Positions 1-8,890 of a stretch of DNA of 42,607 nucleotides are shown here, piece by piece (position 1 is the first letter of the stretch; each line of letters opens with the position of its first letter). Below the pieces are notes generated by a model. That model had not been told where the DNA came from. It searched no databases and worked only from the letters and a program-made list of their open reading frames with translations. The DNA is taken from sequence record SRR9188676_970; one strand, given 5' to 3'. Position numbers and translations under genes: made by a program.

Positions 1-40
1 TTGAAATTTCAATCTGGTCTTTATATTTATGTTCGCTCAT
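1..40 (-). CDS. 5' end of a gene running off the left edge (MSEHKYKDQIEIS...), product unknown
   Basis: ATG at 40-38 on the minus strand, 26 nt downstream of the rfaD stop and open to the window edge; only 13 codons visible. Confidence 0.45.
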   Translation of the reverse strand, partial: MSEHKYKDQIEIS

Positions 41-66
41 TGCTCAAAACTCAAAGCTAACAGCTA
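35..66. repeat. Degenerate 7-bp tandem repeat
   Basis: gctcatt-gctcaaa-actcaaa-gctaaca-gcta fills the spacer between rfaD and the next ATG. Confidence 0.5.
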
Positions 67-1032
67 CTAATAATATTTCTCAGCGACTAAATAGTTTTGT
101 ACATAGTCGTTCACGCCTTCTTCTAATGTTGTAAAGTTTTTATCATATCCTATTGATTGTAATTTAGACATATTTGCTTCTGTAAAGTATTGGTATTTAT
201 CTCTGATATCTTCAGGAGTATCGATAAATGAAATGTTTTCAGGAACATCCAATGCTTTGAAAGTATTTTTTACCAAATCCAAGAAAGTACGAGCTTTGCC
301 AGAACCTAGATTATAAATGCCAGAATTACGGCGATGGTGCATTAAGTAAATACATACTTCTACTACATCTTTCACGTAAATAAAATCACGCATTTGCTCG
401 CCATCTTTGTAGTCATCATTGTGCGAGCGGAAAAGCTTCATCTCGCCAGTGTTTTTGATTTGGTTAACAGTATGCCAAATCACTGATGCCATTCTACCTT
501 TATGAAATTCGTTTGGTCCATATACATTGAAGAATTTTAAGCCAGCCCAAAAGAAAGGTTGCTCTTCTTGTTTCAATGCCCAAATGTCAAAATCATTTTT
601 AGATTCACCATAAGGATTCAAAGGCTTTAATTGTGGAATTAAAGACTCGTTATCATCATAGCCAAATTCACCCAACCCATAAGTAGCAGCCGACGAGGCA
701 TACACTAATGGAATTTGGTAATCGTGACACTTCTTCCAGATTTTCTTTGAGTAATTCAAATTCAATTTATTGAAAATATCAATATTGAATTCAGTAGTAT
801 CTGTTCTCGCACCGATGTGAAAACAGAACTCAACTTCCTGATAATTTGCGTCTAGCCACTCAAAAAAGTGTTCTCTATCAACTCTTTCCTGAATTTTTTT
901 ACCATCAAGATTTTTATTTTTCTGTTCGTCAGAAAAATCATCAACGGCGATGATATAATTGAAATTATCTTGATTCAAACGCTGAATCAAGCAACTTCCA
1001 ATAAATCCTGCGGCACCCGTAACAATAATCAT
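67..1032 (-). CDS. rfaD: ADP-L-glycero-D-manno-heptose-6-epimerase
   Basis: Extended SDR: TGAAGFIG, YASSAATYG, catalytic YGESK, FNVYGPNEFHKGRMASV, YQYFTEAN; typical HldD/RfaD motifs. Confidence 0.93.
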   Translation of the reverse strand: MIIVTGAAGFIGSCLIQRLNQDNFNYIIAVDDFSDEQKNKNLDGKKIQERVDREHFFEWLDANYQEVEFCFHIGARTDTTEFNIDIFNKLNLNYSKKIWKKCHDYQIPLVYASSAATYGLGEFGYDDNESLIPQLKPLNPYGESKNDFDIWALKQEEQPFFWAGLKFFNVYGPNEFHKGRMASVIWHTVNQIKNTGEMKLFRSHNDDYKDGEQMRDFIYVKDVVEVCIYLMHHRRNSGIYNLGSGKARTFLDLVKNTFKALDVPENISFIDTPEDIRDKYQYFTEANMSKLQSIGYDKNFTTLEEGVNDYVQNYLVAEKYY

Positions 1033-1088
1033 AGAGTAGCAATTATTAAAATTGTATTTATACGTGTTAGGTAATTTTAAAAAACTAT

Positions 1089-1096
1089 CAAAATTA
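1089..1096 (-). promoter_or_regulatory. Bacteroidota sigma-A -7 element for rfaD
   Basis: TAATTTTG (TAnnTTTG) on the minus strand, 56 nt upstream of the ATG. Confidence 0.55.
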
Positions 1097-1301
1097 AAAT
1101 TAAGTTTCCATTTAAACTATACACTGATTTTGGAAAAAATATAATCTTTCCAAGATTTGTGTGAGTTTTTTACTTTTATAATTAAGTTCTTTACTGATTT
1201 TGTTCAAAATCGCTAAGTAAAAATGCTTATTGACGAAGATTGAATTTATTCATGAAAAGCGCATATTCTTTGATTTAATTTTTTTGAGAATAAATTCATC
1301 G

Positions 1302-1309
1302 TAATTTTG
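1302..1309 (+). promoter_or_regulatory. Bacteroidota -7 promoter element for PTPS-lpxB
   Basis: TAATTTTG 75 nt upstream of ATG 1385. Confidence 0.6.
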
Positions 1310-1384
1310 CACCCTATTCATATTTATAGGTACTTATTGCTACTGTTTTCCCAATAATACCTTCACTTGTAAACACTGAAAACA

Positions 1385-1807
1385 ATGGTTTATGTAAGTC
1401 GTAAAGAGCATTTTAATGCTGCGCACAGATTGTATAATTTGAGTTGGTCTGAGGAGAAAAATCGTGAAGTTTTCGGACCTTGTGCTAATGTTAATTGGCA
1501 TGGTCATAATTTTGAATTAATTGTTACAGTAAAAGGTAAACCAGACCCAGACACTGGTTTTGTGATTGATTTAAAAGTATTAGGCGATATTATCAAACAA
1601 GAAGTCATTGAAAAAGTAGATCATAAAAACCTGAATCTTGACGTAGATTTTATGCAAGGTAAAATGGCAAGTTGTGAAATTTTTGTGATGGAAATCTGGA
1701 AAATATTAGCACCAAAAGTATTAGAAGCTTCGGCTACAGCTAAATTGCATAGTCTTCAATTATACGAAACACAAAAGAATTTTGTAGAGTACTTCGGTGA
1801 AGAGTAA
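1385..1807 (+). CDS. 6-pyruvoyl-tetrahydropterin synthase / 6-carboxytetrahydropterin synthase family (T-fold)
   Basis: FNAAHRL, C-x5-HGH (CANVNWHGH), DHKNLN, LYET motifs. Confidence 0.9.
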   Translation: MVYVSRKEHFNAAHRLYNLSWSEEKNREVFGPCANVNWHGHNFELIVTVKGKPDPDTGFVIDLKVLGDIIKQEVIEKVDHKNLNLDVDFMQGKMASCEIFVMEIWKILAPKVLEASATAKLHSLQLYETQKNFVEYFGEE

Positions 1808-1815
1808 TGATACTA

Positions 1816-1896
1816 TTGATTTTGGATTTCGGAAATACGAAATTCGATGTATTTTGGGAAAAGTTCCGAAGTCCAAAATCCGAAATCCAAAATCAA
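1816..1896. repeat. 18-bp perfect inverted repeat built of heptamer-like units
   Basis: ttgattttggatttcgga (1816-1833) / tccgaaatccaaaatcaa (1879-1896), plus a tandem copy tccgaagtccaaaa (1865-1878). Confidence 0.85.
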
Positions 1897-3006
1897 ATGA
1901 AATATTATATCATTGCTGGTGAACGTTCGGGAGATTTACACGGCTCGAATTTGATTAAAGGTATTCGAAAGCACGATGAATCTGCAGAAATCCGTGCTTG
2001 GGGTGGCGATATGATGCAACATGCTGGTGCAGAAATCGTAAAACATTATAGAGACCTTGCCTTTATGGGCTTCTTCGAGGTCGTTAAAAATCTTCCAACC
2101 ATTTTAGGGTTTCTTTCTTTTTGCAAAAAAGATATTTTGCAATTTCAACCCGATGTTGTGATTCTGATTGATTATGCAGGATTTAACATGCGAGTGGCCA
2201 AATTTGCGAAGCTCAAAGGCATCAAAACATTCTATTATATTTCTCCAAAAGTGTGGGCTTGGAATCAATCAAGAGCTTTGAATTTGAAAAAGTATGTCGA
2301 TAAATTATTCGTCATCTTTCCTTTCGAAAAAGATTTTTTCAAAAAGTATGATTATGAAGTAGATTATGTAGGCAATCCATTATTTGATGCCATTGCAGAT
2401 TTTACGCCAGCCAAAGATTTTAGAAAAGAAGCAAGATTAGGACAAAAACCAATCATTGCCATCTTGCCAGGAAGTAGGAAACAAGAAATTGAAGGAATGT
2501 TGGCGATGATGCTGACACAAGTATATCAATTCCCTGAATATCAGTTTGTGATTGCGGCAGTATCTAATTTGCCCAAGGAATTATACGCCCGTTGGCAATC
2601 GATTTTCCCAGTGAAAATTGTGGTGGATGATGCTTATAATTTACTATCTGTAGCTGATGCCGCTTTGGTTACTTCTGGCACTGCAACTTTAGAAACGGCA
2701 TTGTTTAATGTGCCACAAGTAGTTTGTTATCGAGGAGGTTGGGCGGCTTATCAAGTTTATAAAAGAGTGATTAGAGTACCTTTTGTTTCTTTAGTGAATT
2801 TGATTGCTGAGAGAAAGGTTGTTACAGAATTACTCCAATATGATTTGACGAAAGAAAATCTTCAAACAGAATTGACAAAAATCACAATTGATAAAGAAAG
2901 TAGAGAAGAACAATTGAAAGGCTACGAAGAAATCAGAAATCTACTTGGCACAAAAGGCGCATCCGAAAAAGCTGGCGCTTTGATGGTGAATTATCTGAAA
3001 CAGTAA
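1897..3006 (+). CDS. lpxB: Lipid-A-disaccharide synthase
   Basis: AGERSGDLHG, IDYAGFN, SPKVWAW, VGNPL, LPGSRKQE, SGTATLE; the family N-terminus starts at ATG 1897 (an in-frame ATG at 1807 also exists). Confidence 0.95.
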   Translation: MKYYIIAGERSGDLHGSNLIKGIRKHDESAEIRAWGGDMMQHAGAEIVKHYRDLAFMGFFEVVKNLPTILGFLSFCKKDILQFQPDVVILIDYAGFNMRVAKFAKLKGIKTFYYISPKVWAWNQSRALNLKKYVDKLFVIFPFEKDFFKKYDYEVDYVGNPLFDAIADFTPAKDFRKEARLGQKPIIAILPGSRKQEIEGMLAMMLTQVYQFPEYQFVIAAVSNLPKELYARWQSIFPVKIVVDDAYNLLSVADAALVTSGTATLETALFNVPQVVCYRGGWAAYQVYKRVIRVPFVSLVNLIAERKVVTELLQYDLTKENLQTELTKITIDKESREEQLKGYEEIRNLLGTKGASEKAGALMVNYLKQ

Positions 3007-3021
3007 AATAAGATTTAATAT

Positions 3022-3051
3022 AAAAGGCTTCACCGAAATGAAGCCTTTTTT
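3022..3051. terminator. Bidirectional intrinsic terminator between convergent lpxB and acyltransferase
   Basis: aaaaggcttca-ccgaaa-tgaagcctttt(tt). Confidence 0.8.
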
Positions 3052-3054
3052 GTT

Positions 3055-3612
3055 TTAGTATTTTAAGTAATTGCTCACCCAAGTTTTTTTGTAGCCACCT
3101 ATTTTATCGAAAAATAGCGCAATTTGTTTTAAATCAGCATGAGAATCAGTGCTTGTATAAAAAGGTTCACTGATTACAATTCCTTTAATAGAGTAATCAA
3201 AACCAATCATTACAATTGGGATTTCTGAGTTTTTTGCAATAAAGTAAAAGCCCATTTTTAATTTATCGACATCTTTTCTTGTTCCTTCTGGTGCAATTAC
3301 TAAATGTAATTCCTCTTTAGAATTGTATAAAGTAGTCACAGCTTTTACTACTTGATTATTACTTGAACGATCGACAGGATAACCACCAAGCCAACGGAAC
3401 ATCCAACCAAATGGACCTTCAAATAATTCTTTTTTGCCAAGAAAGCTCATTTTTACACCAATCGCAGCACGAGCACCAATTCCTACTGGAAAATCAACTG
3501 ATTGCGCATGTGGAGCAACAATCAAAATACTTTTTTTAATATGTTTGGGAAACTCACCAACTAATTTCCAGCCAGCTAGTTTGAAAAGAAATTTGAATAA
3601 AAAATTAAACAT
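3055..3612 (-). CDS. 1-acyl-sn-glycerol-3-phosphate acyltransferase family (PlsC-like)
   Basis: PHAQSVD (HxxxxD), PVDRS, APEGTR motifs. Confidence 0.85.
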   Translation of the reverse strand: MFNFLFKFLFKLAGWKLVGEFPKHIKKSILIVAPHAQSVDFPVGIGARAAIGVKMSFLGKKELFEGPFGWMFRWLGGYPVDRSSNNQVVKAVTTLYNSKEELHLVIAPEGTRKDVDKLKMGFYFIAKNSEIPIVMIGFDYSIKGIVISEPFYTSTDSHADLKQIALFFDKIGGYKKTWVSNYLKY

Positions 3613-3652
3613 TTTAATATGAATTGAAAATTAATATTTGCGTTCAATAACG

Positions 3653-3697
3653 ATTGGCTATGTTTTGAAATTAATGCTTTCAAAACCAATAGTCAAT
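3653..3697. terminator. Imperfect hairpin after the site-2 protease gene
   Basis: attggctat-gttttgaaa / tttcaaaac-ca-atagtcaat; poor U-tail, so possibly a processing or stability stem. Confidence 0.4.
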
Positions 3698-4887
3698 TAT
3701 TTAGCAGAAAAATCAATTTGCATAAATGGATAAGGGGTAAAGCAAAGGATAAAAATAATCAATGAAAGCCAACCTAATAATTGTCTTTTGAAATCTAAAG
3801 GTTCATCAATTTCAACTTCTGGATGGTAAATGCCCAAAAATCTACCAAGTAAAAATAAAAATGGCAAAAAGCCTGAAAAACCTTGTATGCTTGCAACAGA
3901 TGGTATGTAAGTTAATAATAATTGACCAACAACTACGCTTAAACTTAATACCCAAGAAGTAAGTTGATTATCGGAAATTCTTGAAAAACAAATTCTTAGG
4001 AAAAGTACATAAGCCAATAACCAAGTAAAAAAATCTGACTCAGACTGATAATAACCTGTTGCTCCAATGTTTTTTATGTCTTCAATTGTGAACAATCCAA
4101 AACCTGCAAAAAAGGCAAAAGCGATAAAAATAACTGGAGAAATGATATTGAAATTCTTTTTACCAATTAATCCATACAAAATATGTCCGCCATCTAATTG
4201 CCCGATTGGGAACAAATTCAATGCTGTAAAAAACAATGATAAATATCCAGCCCAAATCAAAGGATAGTGCATGATTTCAAAATTAGGAGGCAAAAGATTG
4301 GGGTCAGCAACGTAATTTTTAAAGAATTTGAAGAGTAAATTATCACCCAAAACCATTTGTCCATTCATAAACTTCGGAATTCTCATTACCTCACTCGGAT
4401 AATTTTTTCCAAATTGTTGATAATCTGGATGAATTGAAAAAATATGTTCAAATGGGGGCAAATGTGTGAAACCATAGTATAAGACAACTAAAGCCACCAC
4501 AAAACCAGCTAATGGGCCAGCTATACCAATATCAAAATATTGTTTTCTTGAACGAGTTTTTCCTGTAATGCGTATAACAGCACCTAAAGTACCAATATTT
4601 ATGGCAGAAAAAACGCTTAGAAACATTGGAATGTAGTAAGGTAACGAGGTTTTAATCTTGTAATACCTTGCGGTGAAGTAATGACCAAATTCATGGCAAG
4701 TAAGAATACCTAAAAAGGGAAGAGAGAAATTTAATCCTTGCCAGAAATCGTCAGGAAAATGTAAGAGAAAAGGTTCTGGAACAAAGAAAAAAGCCTTGGC
4801 AGTCATTGCTTCTGCGCCTGCCAAGGTTGTTGTGATTAAAGTAACGATGAAAAGAACCGCTTGAATAATCTCTTTTTTATACTTCAT
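3697..4887 (-). CDS. Site-2 protease family (M50) intramembrane metalloprotease
   Basis: HEFGH, IAGPLAG, NLFPIGQLDGGH; many hydrophobic segments. Confidence 0.9.
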   Translation of the reverse strand: MKYKKEIIQAVLFIVTLITTTLAGAEAMTAKAFFFVPEPFLLHFPDDFWQGLNFSLPFLGILTCHEFGHYFTARYYKIKTSLPYYIPMFLSVFSAINIGTLGAVIRITGKTRSRKQYFDIGIAGPLAGFVVALVVLYYGFTHLPPFEHIFSIHPDYQQFGKNYPSEVMRIPKFMNGQMVLGDNLLFKFFKNYVADPNLLPPNFEIMHYPLIWAGYLSLFFTALNLFPIGQLDGGHILYGLIGKKNFNIISPVIFIAFAFFAGFGLFTIEDIKNIGATGYYQSESDFFTWLLAYVLFLRICFSRISDNQLTSWVLSLSVVVGQLLLTYIPSVASIQGFSGFLPFLFLLGRFLGIYHPEVEIDEPLDFKRQLLGWLSLIIFILCFTPYPFMQIDFSAK

Positions 4888-5497
4888 TTGAAAATAAATC
4901 TAAAATCGTAAATTCTTGGGGAACAATTTGCTTGGTTTGAATACCTAAAGTAGCTGCTCCTTCTAAATTTGCTAACAGGTCATCCAAGAATAAGGTTTCA
5001 GAAGCAACAAGGTTTGCTTGTTTGAGAACCTCTTCATAAATATCCACTTCAGGTTTTAGTTTTCCCATTTCATAAGATAGAAAAACATGATCAAAAATTT
5101 CACTGAAATGTTTTACGCCTGCACAACGTTCTAAAATTCTTTCAACTTCCAAAAAATGGATATGACTAGTATTTGAAAGGATATAAATTTTATATTTTGT
5201 TGCTAATTTTTTGATGAGTTCAATTCTTGCAGGGTCGATATCCATCAATAAACCGCAAAAAGCAGTATCAATTTGTTCATCACTTGCACTAATTTTGAGT
5301 TCCTCACGAATCTCCGCTCTGAATTCAGCATCAGTCAATTGCCCTTTTTCGTATCTCGACCAGATTTGTTTTTCTTTCAAAATTCTTTCACTTTCTCGCC
5401 AATTTACATTTTCAGAGATTTCAGTAAAAGCTTTGAATGTTCTTTCAAAGTCAATGTCGATAATGACGTTTCCTAAATCGAAGATGATATTTTTCAC
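4877..5497 (-). CDS. HAD-family phosphatase (YihX-like)
   Basis: IFDLGNV, LSNT, KP, FLDD motifs; GTG start overlaps the accA stop (TAGTG). Confidence 0.85.
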   Translation of the reverse strand: MKNIIFDLGNVIIDIDFERTFKAFTEISENVNWRESERILKEKQIWSRYEKGQLTDAEFRAEIREELKISASDEQIDTAFCGLLMDIDPARIELIKKLATKYKIYILSNTSHIHFLEVERILERCAGVKHFSEIFDHVFLSYEMGKLKPEVDIYEEVLKQANLVASETLFLDDLLANLEGAATLGIQTKQIVPQEFTILDLFSNEV

Positions 5498-6447
5498 TAA
5501 TTGTATGCACCCATACCACCGAATTTGTCAACTCTTTGATTGATTCTTTCAGTTGGACTAAGTTTTTGAAGTTCAGAAATAGTATTTAGAATTACTTTTT
5601 TAACGGTTTGTGTGGCAGTTGCATAATCAAGATGTGCGCCACCAAGTGGTTCAGGAATAATTCCATCAACCAAACCATTGTTCAACATATCCGTTGCTGT
5701 TAGTTTCAAAGCTTCTGCTGCTTGTTCTTTGAAATCCCAAGAGCGCCACAAAATTGAAGAACAAGATTCCGGAGAAATTACAGAATACCAAGTGTTTTCT
5801 AGCATCAATACTCTGTCGCCAATGGCAATACCTAATGCACCACCTGAAGCACCTTCTCCAATAATGATACAAATTACAGGTACTTTCAACATGAACATAT
5901 CACGGATATTTCTTGCGATTGCTTCACCTTGACCACGTTCTTCGGCTTCTAATCCTGGAAACGCACCCGGAGTATCAATTAAAGTAACGATAGGTTTTCC
6001 AAATTTTTCCGCCATTTTCATTAAGCGAAGTGCTTTACGATAACCTTCAGGATTTGGCATTCCGAAATTACGTAATTGACGTTGTTTGGTATTTCTACCT
6101 TTTTGCTGACCGATAATCATGACCGTTTCGCCATCAATTTTACCAAAACCACCAACCATTGCTTTATCGTCTCCAACGTTTCTATCGCCATAAATTTCGA
6201 TAAATTCATCGCAGATGTTTTCGATATAATCTAAAGTATAAGGGCGTTCTGGATGACGAGAAAGCTGTACTCTTTGCCAGCGGGTTAGATTTGTAAAAGT
6301 TTCTTTTTTTAATTGTTCGATGTTTGCTTCCAATTGCGAAGCCGCAACAGTAACATCAACATTATTATCAATTGCCAATTTTTTCATTTCAGCTAGTTTC
6401 GACTCTAGCTCGGCAATGGGTTTTTCAAAATCTAATAAAGTACGCAT
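5497..6447 (-). CDS. accA: Acetyl-CoA carboxylase carboxyltransferase alpha subunit
   Basis: [48 protein letters not shown]. Confidence 0.97.
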   Translation of the reverse strand: MRTLLDFEKPIAELESKLAEMKKLAIDNNVDVTVAASQLEANIEQLKKETFTNLTRWQRVQLSRHPERPYTLDYIENICDEFIEIYGDRNVGDDKAMVGGFGKIDGETVMIIGQQKGRNTKQRQLRNFGMPNPEGYRKALRLMKMAEKFGKPIVTLIDTPGAFPGLEAEERGQGEAIARNIRDMFMLKVPVICIIIGEGASGGALGIAIGDRVLMLENTWYSVISPESCSSILWRSWDFKEQAAEALKLTATDMLNNGLVDGIIPEPLGGAHLDYATATQTVKKVILNTISELQKLSPTERINQRVDKFGGMGAYN

Positions 6448-6540
6448 ATTTAGTTTTTTACGGTTATAAAATTATCCGTTGACTATTTTTAGGAAAGGTA
6501 AATTTCAGTGATTTCAACTGAAGTTTAAAAAATATTCTCG

Positions 6541-6548
6541 CAAAATTA
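6541..6548 (-). promoter_or_regulatory. -7 promoter element for the accA operon
   Basis: TAATTTTG on the minus strand, just downstream of the upstream gene's terminator. Confidence 0.6.
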
Positions 6549-6563
6549 GACAAATATCAACCT

Positions 6564-6612
6564 AAAAGAAAAGACTGACCAAATTTTTGAGATTTGAGCA
6601 GTCTTTTCTTTT
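6564..6612 (-). terminator. Intrinsic terminator of the MBL gene
   Basis: aaaagaaaagactg ... cagtcttttctttt, 14-bp inverted repeat right after the stop. Confidence 0.75.
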
Positions 6613-6613
6613 A

Positions 6614-8041
6614 CTATAAAATATATTCTTGTCCCATTTCTGGAATTTCAATATCAGAATATCCTTCGTCTTCAAGCAAAGCTTTGAAAGTATTCATACT
6701 TTCTTCTTCGCCATGAATTAAAAATACTTTTTTAAGCTTTTTAGGCGATTGTTTTTTGACAAAATTAAGTAAATCTGTTTGGTCTCCATGACCCGAAAAA
6801 ATATCTATTTTCTCAACATTTGCCAGTACTGGATATTCTACATCCTTGATTTTTAGGGATTTCTGTCCGTTCATTAAACGCCAACCTAAAGTTCCTTCAG
6901 AAGAATAACCTACCAATAAAATAGTACAATATACATTGTTGATATTGGCGGCAATATGCTGTTCTACTCTACCACCAGAAATCATTCCTGAAGCCGAAAT
7001 AATAATACAAGGCTCGGCATAATTCGAAATGGCTTTACTCGATTTTTCACTTTGAATGTATTGTAAATTTTCAAAATCAAATAAAGAATCATTTTCTTCT
7101 TGAAAATCTCTGGCTTCTTTGTTGAGTTGCTTGATATTTTTCTGATAAACTTTAGTAGAAGCATAAGCTAAAGGGCTATCGCTGAATACTTTAATAGGAG
7201 TAAAGCCTTTTTCAGAATACAATCTGTTTAAAGTATAAAGTAACGCTTGTGTTCTCCCGATTGAAAAAGCTGGGATAATTAATCTTCCCGGAATATCAAT
7301 ACAAGTACGTTGAATAATTTCAGCTAAAGCATCTTCTGGTGTTTTTTTATCTTCGTGCAGTCTGCCACCATAAGTAGTTTCACAGAGTAAATAATCTACT
7401 TCTGGAATTTCAGTAGAAGGGTCAATATGAAGTGGATAATCTTTTCTACCAATGTCTCCAGAAAAACAGATACTTTTCATTTCACCATTTTCTTGCACTT
7501 CAACGATAATGTGTGCTGCACCAAGTAAATGCCCAGCAGGAATAAATGTAACCCAAGCATTATCGGCAACTCTGAAACGTCTATGAAATTGAAGTGTGAC
7601 AAAATTTGTCATGGCATCTTCAACATCTTTTTGTAAATATAAATCGCCCTTGATGAGCAATCTATCCATCTTTTTTTTCTTCTTCTTGCTATCTCCTTCG
7701 GCTTGTTTTACTTTTTTTAAGTTTAAGTTAGCCGCATCGTATAATAAAAGACTAGTTAAATCAGCGGTTGCTGAAGTACAAAGTACTTGTCCTTCATAAC
7801 CTTCACGATATAACATGGGTATATTTCCAGAATGATCTATATGTGCGTGTGTAAGTAGAACTAAATTTACTTGAGAGGCCTCAAAAGGGAAAAATGCTTT
7901 ATTGGTAACAGGTTGTGTATAATCAACTTCTCGCCCCATATTTCTTCCACAATCAATTAGAATCTTAAACTCATCATCTAATTCAAGTAAATACATACTA
8001 CCCGTCACCTGCCTCGTAGCTCCCCAAAAAGTTAATTTCAT
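6614..8041 (-). CDS. MBL-fold beta-CASP metallo-hydrolase (putative ribonuclease)
   Basis: VTGS, DCG, HAHIDH, AGHLLG, SGDIG, ETTYG, PAFSIGR, FSGHGD, LIHGE. Confidence 0.9.
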   Translation of the reverse strand: MKLTFWGATRQVTGSMYLLELDDEFKILIDCGRNMGREVDYTQPVTNKAFFPFEASQVNLVLLTHAHIDHSGNIPMLYREGYEGQVLCTSATADLTSLLLYDAANLNLKKVKQAEGDSKKKKKKMDRLLIKGDLYLQKDVEDAMTNFVTLQFHRRFRVADNAWVTFIPAGHLLGAAHIIVEVQENGEMKSICFSGDIGRKDYPLHIDPSTEIPEVDYLLCETTYGGRLHEDKKTPEDALAEIIQRTCIDIPGRLIIPAFSIGRTQALLYTLNRLYSEKGFTPIKVFSDSPLAYASTKVYQKNIKQLNKEARDFQEENDSLFDFENLQYIQSEKSSKAISNYAEPCIIISASGMISGGRVEQHIAANINNVYCTILLVGYSSEGTLGWRLMNGQKSLKIKDVEYPVLANVEKIDIFSGHGDQTDLLNFVKKQSPKKLKKVFLIHGEEESMNTFKALLEDEGYSDIEIPEMGQEYIL

Positions 8042-8090
8042 TATATGTATTTTATGTTTTAAATCCTTGTTGGTAATTAGTGCAATCCTA

Positions 8091-8098
8091 CAAAGATA
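8091..8098 (-). promoter_or_regulatory. -7 promoter element for the MBL gene
   Basis: TATCTTTG on the minus strand, 49 nt upstream of the ATG. Confidence 0.6.
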
Positions 8099-8176
8099 TT
8101 AAAAAGAGCTTCAAAAGTCATGGATGTATTTTCTCAAAATTGAAAATATAACCGAAAGTATTTGTCAATCTGTGAT

Positions 8177-8842
8177 TTATCCTCCAAAATTTTGTGTGAT
8201 TCTACTAAAAGGACTGTTTTCAGTTTTGTATGGATTTTTACTAAGACGAATGGCGCATCCCATTACTTTATAATTTTTGTTTAAAAGATTGGCACGATGT
8301 CCGGGCGAACTCATCCATTCGTTTACAATATTGGTTGCCAGTTCTTTATAGGTTTGCATTGGGATTACTTTTTCTGTGTCGCAATCAATATATTGAAAAT
8401 CTCCACCTTTTCTTTTGGGTTCAATAATACAAAAAGTATCGTACTTCGACTGGATGATGTCAAATTCCGCAATATTTTCAGCCATTTGAGAAAACTCATT
8501 GGTTTGGCTCAATACTCTTTTCGATAAATTTCTATTGTTTTTACTGTAAGGATTCTCGTGGCTATAGAAATTCTTGGAAATCATAGCTTCTGAGTGTTCA
8601 CTAGCGATACGGTGTAATATCGGAGAATATGAAAAGAGCGGGAGACGATATTTCTTTCTTTGCAAATTACTAGCCTGAAATAGGGCAGCATCTAATAATT
8701 CATAATTCGGATTTCGAGCATCAATGACTTGATTGGCAATTGCAGATTTCAGAAAAGCATCCGCATTGCTTTCATAAAGAGAAGAATCTGATTGGAAAAA
8801 GATACTTTCAATACAGATTGCGATTAAAAAAAGATACTTCAT
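8177..8842 (-). CDS. CAP/SCP domain secreted protein
   Basis: N-x-x-R, HSEAM, FYSH, AENI, WMSSPGHRANLL, ITQNFG; hydrophobic N-terminus. Confidence 0.85.
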   Translation of the reverse strand: MKYLFLIAICIESIFFQSDSSLYESNADAFLKSAIANQVIDARNPNYELLDAALFQASNLQRKKYRLPLFSYSPILHRIASEHSEAMISKNFYSHENPYSKNNRNLSKRVLSQTNEFSQMAENIAEFDIIQSKYDTFCIIEPKRKGGDFQYIDCDTEKVIPMQTYKELATNIVNEWMSSPGHRANLLNKNYKVMGCAIRLSKNPYKTENSPFSRITQNFGG

Positions 8843-8890
8843 ACCTATTAAATGTTTTATTATTTAAACGTATGAAGTATCTATGATAGT

